28,820 nucleotides of DNA from a virus (lineage: Duplodnaviria; Caudoviricetes). Under the pieces are notes generated by a model. The model had not been told where the DNA came from and made no database searches. It worked only from the letters and a program-made list of their open reading frames with translations. The DNA is taken from positions 1 to 28,820 of IMG/VR virus record IMGVR_UViG_3300044674_002316, one strand, 5' to 3'. This document shows, piece by piece, positions 17,773 to 25,609 of the stretch. Numbering within the stretch: the first letter of the stretch is position 1; each line of letters opens with the position of its first letter. The translations under genes were made by a program, and so were the position numbers.

Positions 17773-18638
17773 CAAATCTCGTACCACACACCACCCACCA
17801 TCCACACGCTGTGACCTTCGACGACATCCTCCGACAGGCAGATGTCCTCGCCCAGTCACGAATCATCCCAGCCGCATATCGCAATCGTGCGCCAGATGTC
17901 GTCGCTGCTGGTCTCGCTGGTCTCTCGTTTGGCTGGGATGTGATGACCAGCCTGCGTAACTACCATGTGATCGAAGGGACAGCGAGCCTGCGACCAGAGG
18001 CGATGCTTGGACTCGTGCGTCGTGCTGGACACTCAGTCACGCTCACTCTCCGCAGTGGCGATGAGGGTCGTGAGGCTGTCGCACACGGTCGACGAGCAGA
18101 TACTGGAGATGAGCACACTGCGATCTTCTCGCAGGCTGACGCTCAGAAGGCTGGTCTCGCCAAGAAGAAGAACTGGGAGCAGTACTTGGACTCCATGCTC
18201 ACCTGGCGTGCAGTCTCATCGCTCTGCCGGGTTCTGTACCCAGATGTCGTACTAGGTGCTGGATATGCCCCAGAGGAGATCGGCGCAGACGTAGATCAAA
18301 CTGGAGCACCAGTCGAGGACGACCCATTCAGCGATCCCATGATCCCCATCCCAGAAGCCAAGAGGCGAGTGCTCACAGCCTGCGATGGTGACAAAGATGA
18401 GGCACGACGCTGGTGGGAATCACAGACAGATCTCCCATCGCCAGATGGCATCAGAGAATCCCAGCTAGACATCCTGATCGCTCAGATCGACAGCGACAGG
18501 ATTCAGGATGCTGATGTCATTAGCGAGATCCCTCGCTGTGCAGAGTGCGACGCAGACCTCGCTATCCACGAGATCGACATCTGTGGTACATGCTCCAGCG
18601 TCGATCCTCAGACGCTGATGGAGGTGGCTGATGCCTGA
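17769..18638 (+). CDS. recT: RecT-like single-strand annealing protein with C-terminal Zn finger
   Basis: LAQSRIIPAAYR, SLRNYHVIEG, ADAQKAGL, NWEQYLDSMLTWRA and YPDVVLG match actinophage RecT-like proteins. CAEC...CGTC tail. ATGA-coupled start at 17769. Confidence 0.75.
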   Translation: MTNLVPHTTHHPHAVTFDDILRQADVLAQSRIIPAAYRNRAPDVVAAGLAGLSFGWDVMTSLRNYHVIEGTASLRPEAMLGLVRRAGHSVTLTLRSGDEGREAVAHGRRADTGDEHTAIFSQADAQKAGLAKKKNWEQYLDSMLTWRAVSSLCRVLYPDVVLGAGYAPEEIGADVDQTGAPVEDDPFSDPMIPIPEAKRRVLTACDGDKDEARRWWESQTDLPSPDGIRESQLDILIAQIDSDRIQDADVISEIPRCAECDADLAIHEIDICGTCSSVDPQTLMEVADA

Positions 18639-18843
18639 CTCATCGACCACAGAGCGACCCATACTCAAATGGGAGACCGCTGTCCACAGCGAGACACATA
18701 CCTTCTCCATGTCGTTCGGCTACATGGATGGAGAGGCAACTGCTGCAGTATGGGACGACGCACAGCCAGAGCGCATGGTGTTCATCCCAGCACAGATCAT
18801 GGTCATCGCTCTGCAGCAGGGCTGGATCCCACAGCCAGTCTGA
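18631..18843 (+). CDS. Hypothetical protein (70 aa)
   Basis: GGAGG SD, overlaps the recT stop. Confidence 0.6.
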   Translation: MPDSSTTERPILKWETAVHSETHTFSMSFGYMDGEATAAVWDDAQPERMVFIPAQIMVIALQQGWIPQPV

Positions 18844-18847
18844 TCGA

Positions 18848-18889
18848 GAGGCAGGGCTGGCACAGGGTAATAGTGCCACGCCCTGCCTC
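18848..18889 (+). terminator. Strong intergenic hairpin (terminator or regulatory)
   Basis: GAGGCAGGGCTGGCAC, 9-nt loop, GTGCCA(C)GCCCTGCCTC. 16-bp stem with one bulge and no U-tract. Confidence 0.5.
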
Positions 18890-18980
18890 GTCTGACGCTG
18901 GAGGCTACGCCAGACCAGCGCATCGTAACACTTGTCCACAAGGTCGAGATGTACTCTCACGCCTTGACATCGGAGGCTCT

Positions 18981-19742
18981 ATGGCACGCTCATATGGGAA
19001 GATCTCGTCATCTATCTGGACTGACGACGACTTCCGTGCGCTACCAAACGCACACACACAACTGCTCTATCTATCACTCATCTCACAGCCTGATCTGTCA
19101 GCCTGTGGACGGCTCAGTATCGCTCTTCGTCGATGGGCGACAGGCATCTCTGGCTCGGACAGCGACATGATCCAAGCATCGATCTGCGATCTAGCTGATG
19201 CAGAGTTCATCATGGTCGACTGGGACACAGACGAGATCGTCATCAGATCGTTTATCAAACACGACGCTGGCATCAATAATCCTCGCAGACTCGCAGCGAT
19301 CACGAACGCTGTACACGAGATCGCATCATCTGGGCTACGCACAGCACTACTCGATCTGTACCCAGAGGTCTGGCCTCCAGATCCACCACAGATACGAGAC
19401 TCGTTCGACACTCGTTCGACGAACGAGACACGAACACGCACCGAACCAAATCAGCAAGCCCTAACAGTGAACCGTGAACAGCAGCAGCCAGCAGATCTCC
19501 CAGAGCCTGCTGCTGCCGCACTTGATATCTATGTCTCACACAGGCTCGCCACAGAGAGAGACATCAGATCGCCTCAGAGATATGGGGAGCACATACGCCA
19601 GATGGAGATGGCATCACATCTCGATGCGCTACTCAGAGTCGCAGACGATGACAGTCCACGGGACATCGCTGGCAGAGTTCTTGGGATGACCAGCGACCAG
19701 ATCATCCAAGGAATGGCAGCACTACAGAGGAGCACGACATGA
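18981..19742 (+). CDS. RepA-like phage replication initiator
   Basis: GGAGG SD before ATG 18981. YGKISSSIWTDDDFRAL...QLLYLSLISQPDLSACG...EIVIRSFIKHD resembles actinophage RepA-like HTH initiators. Confidence 0.7.
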   Translation: MARSYGKISSSIWTDDDFRALPNAHTQLLYLSLISQPDLSACGRLSIALRRWATGISGSDSDMIQASICDLADAEFIMVDWDTDEIVIRSFIKHDAGINNPRRLAAITNAVHEIASSGLRTALLDLYPEVWPPDPPQIRDSFDTRSTNETRTRTEPNQQALTVNREQQQPADLPEPAAAALDIYVSHRLATERDIRSPQRYGEHIRQMEMASHLDALLRVADDDSPRDIAGRVLGMTSDQIIQGMAALQRSTT

Positions 19743-20122
19743 CAGAGATCGAAGCGGTCGACCTTGCAGCACGCATCGCAAACACCTGGCGATCCGGGCC
19801 ACCAGCGTCAGTCTGGGAGGAGGAGCTGATCGATCTCGACGCTGGACAGGCTGGCACAGCGTTCGTACGGCTCAGACGCACATCGACCAGAGCAGTCTCC
19901 ATCGCAGAGTTCTACGACACCTACAGAGCCGTGCGACCTACTGATGCGTCCACACCCCGTGACGAGTGCGCCATGTGCGACACATCTGGCTGGATCTACA
20001 CGACCCCGTATGTCGTCAAACGTGGAGAGCGAGACATCGAGTACACCCAGGTGCGCCCATGCTCATGCTCTACTGGGCAGCAGATGGCACAGTCGTCTGT
20101 GTGGACGAAGCGAACCAAGTGA
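19739..20122 (+). CDS. Replication-associated protein (helicase loader/inhibitor-like) with Zn finger
   Basis: Coupled to the initiator. SIAEF, CAMCDTSGWI and RPCSC motifs. Confidence 0.5.
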   Translation: MTEIEAVDLAARIANTWRSGPPASVWEEELIDLDAGQAGTAFVRLRRTSTRAVSIAEFYDTYRAVRPTDASTPRDECAMCDTSGWIYTTPYVVKRGERDIEYTQVRPCSCSTGQQMAQSSVWTKRTK

Positions 20123-20496
20123 AACGATCACCACTCAATCGTCGAACACCACTCCAGAGTGGAGCACCTCTGCAGCGTCGCACACGACTCCGTCCTGTGT
20201 CGGACAAGCGTCGTGCGATCCAGCGTCAGCGCAGAGAACTCGTCGATCGAGTTCTGACCACACGACCTCGCTGTGAGGTGGGCGACATCATCAGAGGCAC
20301 AGACAGGATCCACCCATGCCATATCTGGGCGACAGATGTGCATGAGCCTCTGACGAGAGCCAGAGGTGGATCCATCATCGACGAGGACAACACGCTCAGC
20401 GTCTGTCGCTCATGCCATGACTGGATCCACCACCATCCATCTGAGGCTCAGATGCTAGGACTGCTCAGATCGCAGTATGGGCGCAACAACGACTAG
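20119..20496 (+). CDS. HNH endonuclease
   Basis: GTGA-coupled start MKRSPLNRRTPL, then RCEV...C...DVHE...RARGG...N...CRSCHDWIH. Confidence 0.8.
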   Translation: MKRSPLNRRTPLQSGAPLQRRTRLRPVSDKRRAIQRQRRELVDRVLTTRPRCEVGDIIRGTDRIHPCHIWATDVHEPLTRARGGSIIDEDNTLSVCRSCHDWIHHHPSEAQMLGLLRSQYGRNND

Positions 20497-20520
20497 AGCC
20501 ACCCATCTCTGGGTGGCTCT
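20495..20520. terminator. Hairpin between convergent genes, probable bidirectional terminator
   Basis: AGAGCCACCCA-TCTC-TGGGTGGCTCT, perfect 11-bp stem. Confidence 0.7.
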
Positions 20521-20544
20521 GTCAGTCGACGATGCGTCAGCGTG

Positions 20545-20841
20545 TCACCATGTCTGGCACATAGCATCTCCTCTGCTGTGTGCGACACAGCACCCCACAG
20601 TCCCAGCCTCGCATGGCTCGTCCTCGCCACGCTCGCTCTCATCTACATACAGCGTGGTCTCTGCTCTGAGGACACTCAGTCGATACCTCGCTGTCGTCAG
20701 ATGCAGACGCAGTTGCTTCGCCTCTGCGTTGGTGTGGGACTCCATGCAGAGTCGATCCATGATGCGATCCTCCTCTGCCTCATAGTGAGCGATCTGCTCT
20801 GCGATGGAGCGAGGATCTGTGCGCCAGACTGGAGTCTTCAC
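20545..20841 (-). CDS. Hypothetical protein (98 aa)
   Basis: GTGA overlap with the upstream minus-strand gene. C-terminal Cys/His cluster PCEAGTVGCCVAH...C. Confidence 0.6.
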   Translation of the reverse strand: MKTPVWRTDPRSIAEQIAHYEAEEDRIMDRLCMESHTNAEAKQLRLHLTTARYRLSVLRAETTLYVDESERGEDEPCEAGTVGCCVAHSRGDAMCQTW

Positions 20842-21416
20842 GATGCCACTCCACGCACAGCACAGTTGCCATACTCATCGACTCCAGCGTTGACACCCAT
20901 CACGACGAGTTGTCCAGCGACGACTCGCACATCCTCCACCAGAGCATCCACAGCCTTGTCGTTGTAGGTCAGCCAAGGGATACTCCAGCCATTGCACATC
21001 TCTGGATGGTGCGCCTCATAGTGAGCGAGATCACGCAGAGGCTTGGTGCGATCCCCACCCTCTGCGAATGGTGCTTGGTCGACGTAGATCCACTCGCCAC
21101 ACTCTGCACATTGCTTGGCTGTGTATGGCTCAGCGAGGATGCGAGGCTGACCATCGTCTGACTGCTGAGCGAGCCACGACCTCTGTGTCCCAGCCTTGGC
21201 ATCTGCGAGCGTCGACCAGCCCTCACCAGCCCACGATCCCAGCGTCTGCGTTTCGATGTGCCACTCTCGCTGGATCCAATAGCCTCGCTCAATCTGATCT
21301 ATGACCAGTTCGACCTCGCCATCGAGTTCGTCGCTCCACGGCTGATCTCTCACCAGCCCTGTGCCATACAGTCCTGGCATGATCCGCTTGTACTTGATCT
21401 GGTAGTGAGTCGTCAT
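20838..21416 (-). CDS. Hypothetical protein (192 aa) with CxxC...HxxxHH motif
   Basis: Start placed at 21416, following ACAGAGGGAGATACAAATG and a promoter. Confidence 0.7.
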   Translation of the reverse strand: MTTHYQIKYKRIMPGLYGTGLVRDQPWSDELDGEVELVIDQIERGYWIQREWHIETQTLGSWAGEGWSTLADAKAGTQRSWLAQQSDDGQPRILAEPYTAKQCAECGEWIYVDQAPFAEGGDRTKPLRDLAHYEAHHPEMCNGWSIPWLTYNDKAVDALVEDVRVVAGQLVVMGVNAGVDEYGNCAVRGVAS

Positions 21417-21488
21417 TTGTATCTCCCTCTGTTCTGGTCGCCTCGTGGCGACACACATAAAGGTAATGCAGCGGCCACCAGATTGCAA
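21414..21488 (-). promoter_or_regulatory. SigA-like promoter + 5' hairpin + start-associated sequence (copy 2)
   Basis: TTGCAA-N17-TACCTT, 6 nt, (T)GTCGCC-ACGA-GGCGAC, then ACAGAGGGAGATACAAATG. Confidence 0.75.
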
Positions 21489-21514
21489 CCACTATCTCGT
21501 ATTTGGTGAGATAG

Positions 21515-21590
21515 TTGACATCGCTATCTGATGTCTGTACCTTTAGAGATGTCAGCACACAGGCTGGCACGACAGAGGGAGATACACATG
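21515..21590 (+). promoter_or_regulatory. SigA-like promoter + 5' hairpin + start-associated sequence (copy 3)
   Basis: TTGACA(21515)-N17-TACCTT(21538), 6 nt, TGTCAGC-ACACAG-GCTGGCA, then ACAGAGGGAGATACACATG. Confidence 0.8.
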
Positions 21591-22196
21591 AACACAGACA
21601 CGATCACCACCAGCACCTGGATCGATCCAGAGTACGGCTCCTACATCACGATGGCGCAGGATCCACAGTCAGGAGCGATGTATCCACTCACAGACTGCTG
21701 TGGAGCATCAGCGACTGGATCGATGGGAGGCACAGCGTGTCGCTCGTGCTACGCAGAGATCCCATCCCACTATGGGATGTGGTTTGAGAACGCTCTGGAA
21801 GCCATCCAGCGTGGCTACGTCCCATCGACAGATCTAGTGGAGCAGAACGAACTCCAGACGCTGATCCTCGCTCCAGAGTCCAAGGGCAAGTTCGCTCTGG
21901 TGGGGACACCTACTCGCAAGGGCTGGAGGCTTCAATGTGGATGGATCGACAGCGTCCACACAGACGACTGGGACTGGGACAACGACTGCGAGATGCCAGA
22001 GGGTGCTGGCGACGAGTACCTCTACTTCACAGATGGTCTGATGGGCATCACCCCACAGTCACACATGGGTATCCCCACACAGCACCTCGTCGATGCTCAG
22101 ACTGAGACATGGGGAGTGTACGTCCTCCAGATCAGCGATCATGCCATCGACCAGCAGTCAGTCATCTTGCACAACGAGCCTCTGTACACCTACTGA
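21588..22196 (+). CDS. Hypothetical protein (202 aa) with Cys cluster
   Basis: Start at 21588 after the repeated element. TDCCGASATG...ACRSCY motif. Confidence 0.7.
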   Translation: MNTDTITTSTWIDPEYGSYITMAQDPQSGAMYPLTDCCGASATGSMGGTACRSCYAEIPSHYGMWFENALEAIQRGYVPSTDLVEQNELQTLILAPESKGKFALVGTPTRKGWRLQCGWIDSVHTDDWDWDNDCEMPEGAGDEYLYFTDGLMGITPQSHMGIPTQHLVDAQTETWGVYVLQISDHAIDQQSVILHNEPLYTY

Positions 22197-22216
22197 TCCA
22201 GTCGATCTGACTCGTC

Positions 22217-22251
22217 CAGAGCCACCAGTCCTCGCTGGGCTGGTGGCTCTG
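22217..22251. terminator. Hairpin between convergent genes, probable bidirectional terminator
   Basis: CAGAGCCACCAGTCC-TCGCT-GGGCTGGTGGCTCTG, 15-bp stem with one G-U. Confidence 0.7.
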
Positions 22252-22263
22252 TCAGTTATGCGA

Positions 22264-22608
22264 TCAGCGTGTCATGTAGCGCACGTTGGCTGACAGCGTC
22301 CTCAGAGCGTCGATCTGTGAACGCAGAGAGGTCAGCATCTGCTGACACGCTCGCTCTCTGGTCTCCAGCAGTCGCCACTCTCTGTACTGTGTGGATGCTC
22401 TCAGATGAGCCACAGCCTCCCTCGCTGCCACAGTCGACTTGCTCCCTTGTTCGATCAGCGCACGACTGTGAGCGTACTTGTAGTCAGCCTCCGCAGATGC
22501 TCTCTGCTCAGAGACCTCTCTGTAGTCATCTAGCGTCCTGTCCATCTGATCGCAGAGACGCAGGATGCGCTCCTCGATCTCCCCTTGTGAGATCACCTCA
22601 CTCAGCAT
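22264..22608 (-). CDS. Coiled-coil hypothetical protein
   Basis: GGAGG SD, overlaps the RusA-like stop, helical charged sequence ending QIDALRTLSANVR. Confidence 0.65.
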   Translation of the reverse strand: MLSEVISQGEIEERILRLCDQMDRTLDDYREVSEQRASAEADYKYAHSRALIEQGSKSTVAAREAVAHLRASTQYREWRLLETRERACQQMLTSLRSQIDALRTLSANVRYMTR

Positions 22609-22978
22609 CGTCACGATCCTCCACGATCACCAGCTCCAGACCATCTCGCCCACAGATCCTCACAGCCTCAAAGGTCAGCGACACGAGATGACGAGGATCA
22701 TCATCGTCGAGCACGCCAGCGTCGACCAGCCCATCGATGGCTGCCTTCACAGCCGGGTAGCAGGCAGCGACATCTGATGTCCAGCGTCGACTACGAGCCA
22801 GAGGTGTAGCGATCACACGCACTCGATGGAGATGAGGGATGCGCTCAGCCCTGGCGAGCCAGCCCCATGTCTCACGCCACGACCTCACCATCTGAGCACG
22901 TTTCATGTGATGCCATCTGCGCTCAGCGTTCGCTGTCCAGGGTCGCTCTGAGTGAGTGAGTGTCCACGAGCGAGCCAT
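22598..22978 (-). CDS. rusA: RusA-like Holliday junction resolvase
   Basis: SDVAACYPAVKAAIDGLVDAGVLDDDD matches the RusA D-x6-8-KxxxDxL...DD pattern. Confidence 0.75.
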   Translation of the reverse strand: MARSWTLTHSERPWTANAERRWHHMKRAQMVRSWRETWGWLARAERIPHLHRVRVIATPLARSRRWTSDVAACYPAVKAAIDGLVDAGVLDDDDPRHLVSLTFEAVRICGRDGLELVIVEDRDDAE

Positions 22979-23086
22979 TTCCAGATCGTAACCGCTCAGC
23001 CTGTGGGCATCACAACAGCACTACAGAGCAGATCTCACCCTAGTGATCTACTATCCACAAGGATCACCACATAGTGTGCGTCACCT

Positions 23087-23482
23087 ATGACAACACAAAC
23101 AGAGACAGCCACGGCTGACTACAACCGCTACACACGAGATCCAGTCGTCGACGACGACGGCATCCTCACATACAGCGACCCGACAGTCGACCAGTATCCA
23201 CGCCGGTACACCACACAGTGGAACGATCCAGAGTGGAGACTCAACTGGCTGGGCGGCATCAGCGATGAGGAGCTGGACACCATGTCGCACAGAGAGAGAG
23301 GCGCACGCCTCCCTGCGTACTGGATGATGAACGGGATCGCCCACTACGGCAAACGTGCTGAGCATTACATCCTCGGCTCAGAGATACTGGCAGAGGCTGG
23401 GATCCGTCGCCAGATGTCACAGCACGAGACTGTCGCTCTCGGCTCAGTCGTCGCATCGATGCTGGAGCGTCGACATGGATGA
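23087..23482 (+). CDS. Hypothetical protein (131 aa)
   Basis: First ORF of the rightward block. No SD, but a TAGTGT -10-like hexamer lies 9 nt upstream. Confidence 0.65.
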   Translation: MTTQTETATADYNRYTRDPVVDDDGILTYSDPTVDQYPRRYTTQWNDPEWRLNWLGGISDEELDTMSHRERGARLPAYWMMNGIAHYGKRAEHYILGSEILAEAGIRRQMSQHETVALGSVVASMLERRHG

Positions 23483-23870
23483 GATCTGGGACTGGCGGCA
23501 GACTCGCAACAAGTTCAGAGACGAGTTCCAGGACCTCCACAGCAAGCGTCGCTCAGCGTGGAACATCTCACCGAATCTGCTCACACAGGATGTGCTCGGC
23601 ACATTCTCATTTGAGCGAGGTCTCGATGTGGAGGTATCCACAGGCACCTTCCCAGATCTCGGAGTGCGTCCACGCACAGAGCATCGGATCTATGGGATCA
23701 GCCTGCGCCTACGACCCACAGACAAACGCAGCGATGCAGTTCTGGAGGAGCAGATCAAGGATCTCCGCAAGCTCATCAGAGATGACGAGCTGACAGACGA
23801 GATGAGTCTGCGTGACCACTTCGATCAGATCGTACTGGAGGCACAGAGGATCCTCCATGCTCACACCTAA
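23475..23870 (+). CDS. Hypothetical protein (131 aa)
   Basis: ATG 23475 after GGAG, overlapping the previous stop. Confidence 0.6.
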   Translation: MDEIWDWRQTRNKFRDEFQDLHSKRRSAWNISPNLLTQDVLGTFSFERGLDVEVSTGTFPDLGVRPRTEHRIYGISLRLRPTDKRSDAVLEEQIKDLRKLIRDDELTDEMSLRDHFDQIVLEAQRILHAHT

Positions 23871-23918
23871 TCCACAACCACATGGCTGTACCGTCAGCCA
23901 CCTACCTGAGAGGACACT

Positions 23919-24164
23919 ATGAGTACAAACCCCACCCACCGCTTCTCTATCACAGAGACTGCCCAGCCCGGAGGTGGCTGGCTCTGCCACCACACGAGCA
24001 GCACACCTATGCCATCAGATCCGTTCGCTGATCCGCAGCGAGGCACATACCTGGCATTCCGCACCCTCGCCCACGCACGCACCTACATCGCCTCTGTCGT
24101 ACAGATCGAGAAGCGAGTACGGCTCGTCAAGCACAGCGACACCTATTACACCTACGAGAAATGA
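23919..24164 (+). CDS. Hypothetical protein (81 aa)
   Basis: GAGGA SD and ATGA overlap with the MTase start. Confidence 0.6.
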   Translation: MSTNPTHRFSITETAQPGGGWLCHHTSSTPMPSDPFADPQRGTYLAFRTLAHARTYIASVVQIEKRVRLVKHSDTYYTYEK

Positions 24165-25609
24165 GAGTTCTCTCTCTGTTCTCTGGAGCCGGTGGTATGG
24201 ACATCGGACTCCACGCAGCAGGCCACACACTCGTGGGTCTCTGCGAGATCGACCCTGTAGCACGAGAGGTGCTACGCCACCATTGGCCTGATACGCCAAT
24301 CCACGAAGATGTAACGACACTAGATGGGAGCGAATATCGTGGACGAGTTGACATTGTTTGCGGAGGATCCCCCTGCCAAGATCTCTCCCTTGCTGGACGC
24401 CGTGCAGGACTGGACGGTCAGCGATCATCCCTCTTCTGGCACCAGTGTCGCATCGCTGCTGAAGCGGATGCCTCTTGGATTCTCTGGGAAAACGTCCCTG
24501 GTGCTTTGTCCTCGAACGGTGGCAGAGACTTTGCCTCCGTGCTGTGGGGACTTACTAACTACCGACCAGCAGTGCCCAAGGACGGGTGGCGATCCACAGG
24601 AGTGTGTGTCGGCGATGAGTACACCGCCGTCTGGAGGGTGCTTGACGCTCAACACTTCGGAGTTCCCCAGCGACGCAAGCGCATCTTCGTTGTCCGCGGT
24701 CCTAGAGAGTCATGCGGCATCGAGATACTTGTTGAGCGCGAGAGCAGCCCTTGGGATTCTGCGCCGGTCAGAGCGCAAAGGTCGCAGCCTGCCACCGCTA
24801 CTCAAACAGGCTCTAGACATGGTGGCATCGACAGCGACTCCAGAGGACATACGTCAGATGGAGATCAGCGTGGAGAGAGCGCAGCAGGCTCAACGAGATC
24901 TGATGGAGGATCTGGACGACGAGGAGATGGAGGATCTGGACGACGAGCTGGGGACTCTCTGGTAGATGACTCACAGATAGAGATCGCCAGCACACTCAAA
25001 GCGAGAGACTGGAAGGGTGTCGGCTTCCACGAGGACAGCACGAAACTGGTAATCACAGAGGCTCCAGATGATCCTGTGCCGTTCGTAAAGACTCGACGAG
25101 CGCAGACCTCCACAGATGTCGAGGGATGGGACGAGGGACGACCAGCACCTACCATCACAGCGTTCGATCAGGGTGACACACGCACCACAGTCGCTGTCGT
25201 CCACGCAGAGTACGAGATCATTGAGGAGGCTCTTCCAGATGTCGCTCCACCTCTGATGGCAGAGGATGGTCGACTCCAGATGACTGACGACCAGTCGATC
25301 AAACAGAACCGCCATATTGTGATGCGTCGCACAGATCAGATCTCGCACGAGATGGATGATCCTGTCCTCATTGAGTTCCAGCGTCGTGACGACATCCCAC
25401 AGGCAGCAGATATCTCGCCCACTCTCACGAGCAATATCGGTAACACGATCACGAACGTCCCTCTGGTAGGAGAGGCGGTGCTGTTTGATGGCTCACGATT
25501 TGGTGATCCCAGACTCTATGAGGATGTCTCACCCACACTCGTGACTCGCATGGGTACAGGTGGGAACAACGTCCCGTGGGTCGTGCAGCCAGAGGTCACA
25601 GATGACTGA
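24161..25609 (+). CDS. C5 cytosine DNA methyltransferase, N-terminal part (motifs I-VIII plus long variable region)
   Basis: SLFSGAGG (I), CEID (II), GGSPCQDLS (IV), WENVPG (VI), QRRKRIF (VIII). Lacks motifs IX and X. Confidence 0.9.
   Translation: MRVLSLFSGAGGMDIGLHAAGHTLVGLCEIDPVAREVLRHHWPDTPIHEDVTTLDGSEYRGRVDIVCGGSPCQDLSLAGRRAGLDGQRSSLFWHQCRIAAEADASWILWENVPGALSSNGGRDFASVLWGLTNYRPAVPKDGWRSTGVCVGDEYTAVWRVLDAQHFGVPQRRKRIFVVRGPRESCGIEILVERESSPWDSAPVRAQRSQPATATQTGSRHGGIDSDSRGHTSDGDQRGESAAGSTRSDGGSGRRGDGGSGRRAGDSLVDDSQIEIASTLKARDWKGVGFHEDSTKLVITEAPDDPVPFVKTRRAQTSTDVEGWDEGRPAPTITAFDQGDTRTTVAVVHAEYEIIEEALPDVAPPLMAEDGRLQMTDDQSIKQNRHIVMRRTDQISHEMDDPVLIEFQRRDDIPQAADISPTLTSNIGNTITNVPLVGEAVLFDGSRFGDPRLYEDVSPTLVTRMGTGGNNVPWVVQPEVTDD
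24339..24965 (+). CDS. Overprinted +1-frame ORF inside the C5 MTase gene (EcoHK31I beta-like polypeptide)
   Basis: Open 24324-24965, likely GTG start at 24339 after GGGAG. Protein-like segment LTLNTSEFPSDASASSLSAVLE...RYLLSARAALGILRRSERKGRSLPPLLKQAL. Confidence 0.65.
   Translation: MDELTLFAEDPPAKISPLLDAVQDWTVSDHPSSGTSVASLLKRMPLGFSGKTSLVLCPRTVAETLPPCCGDLLTTDQQCPRTGGDPQECVSAMSTPPSGGCLTLNTSEFPSDASASSLSAVLESHAASRYLLSARAALGILRRSERKGRSLPPLLKQALDMVASTATPEDIRQMEISVERAQQAQRDLMEDLDDEEMEDLDDELGTLW

Noticed and set aside
18669-18980. N-terminal extension of the RepA-like ORF as given in the track
   Set aside because: It overlaps another gene and a structured intergenic region. A clear GGAGG SD supports ATG 18981.
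22331-22346. GTCAGC-ATCT-GCTGAC palindrome resembling the promoter-associated hairpin
   Set aside because: Lies inside a coding sequence without the promoter or start-associated sequence, so probably chance. It would matter only if the element proves to be a DNA operator.
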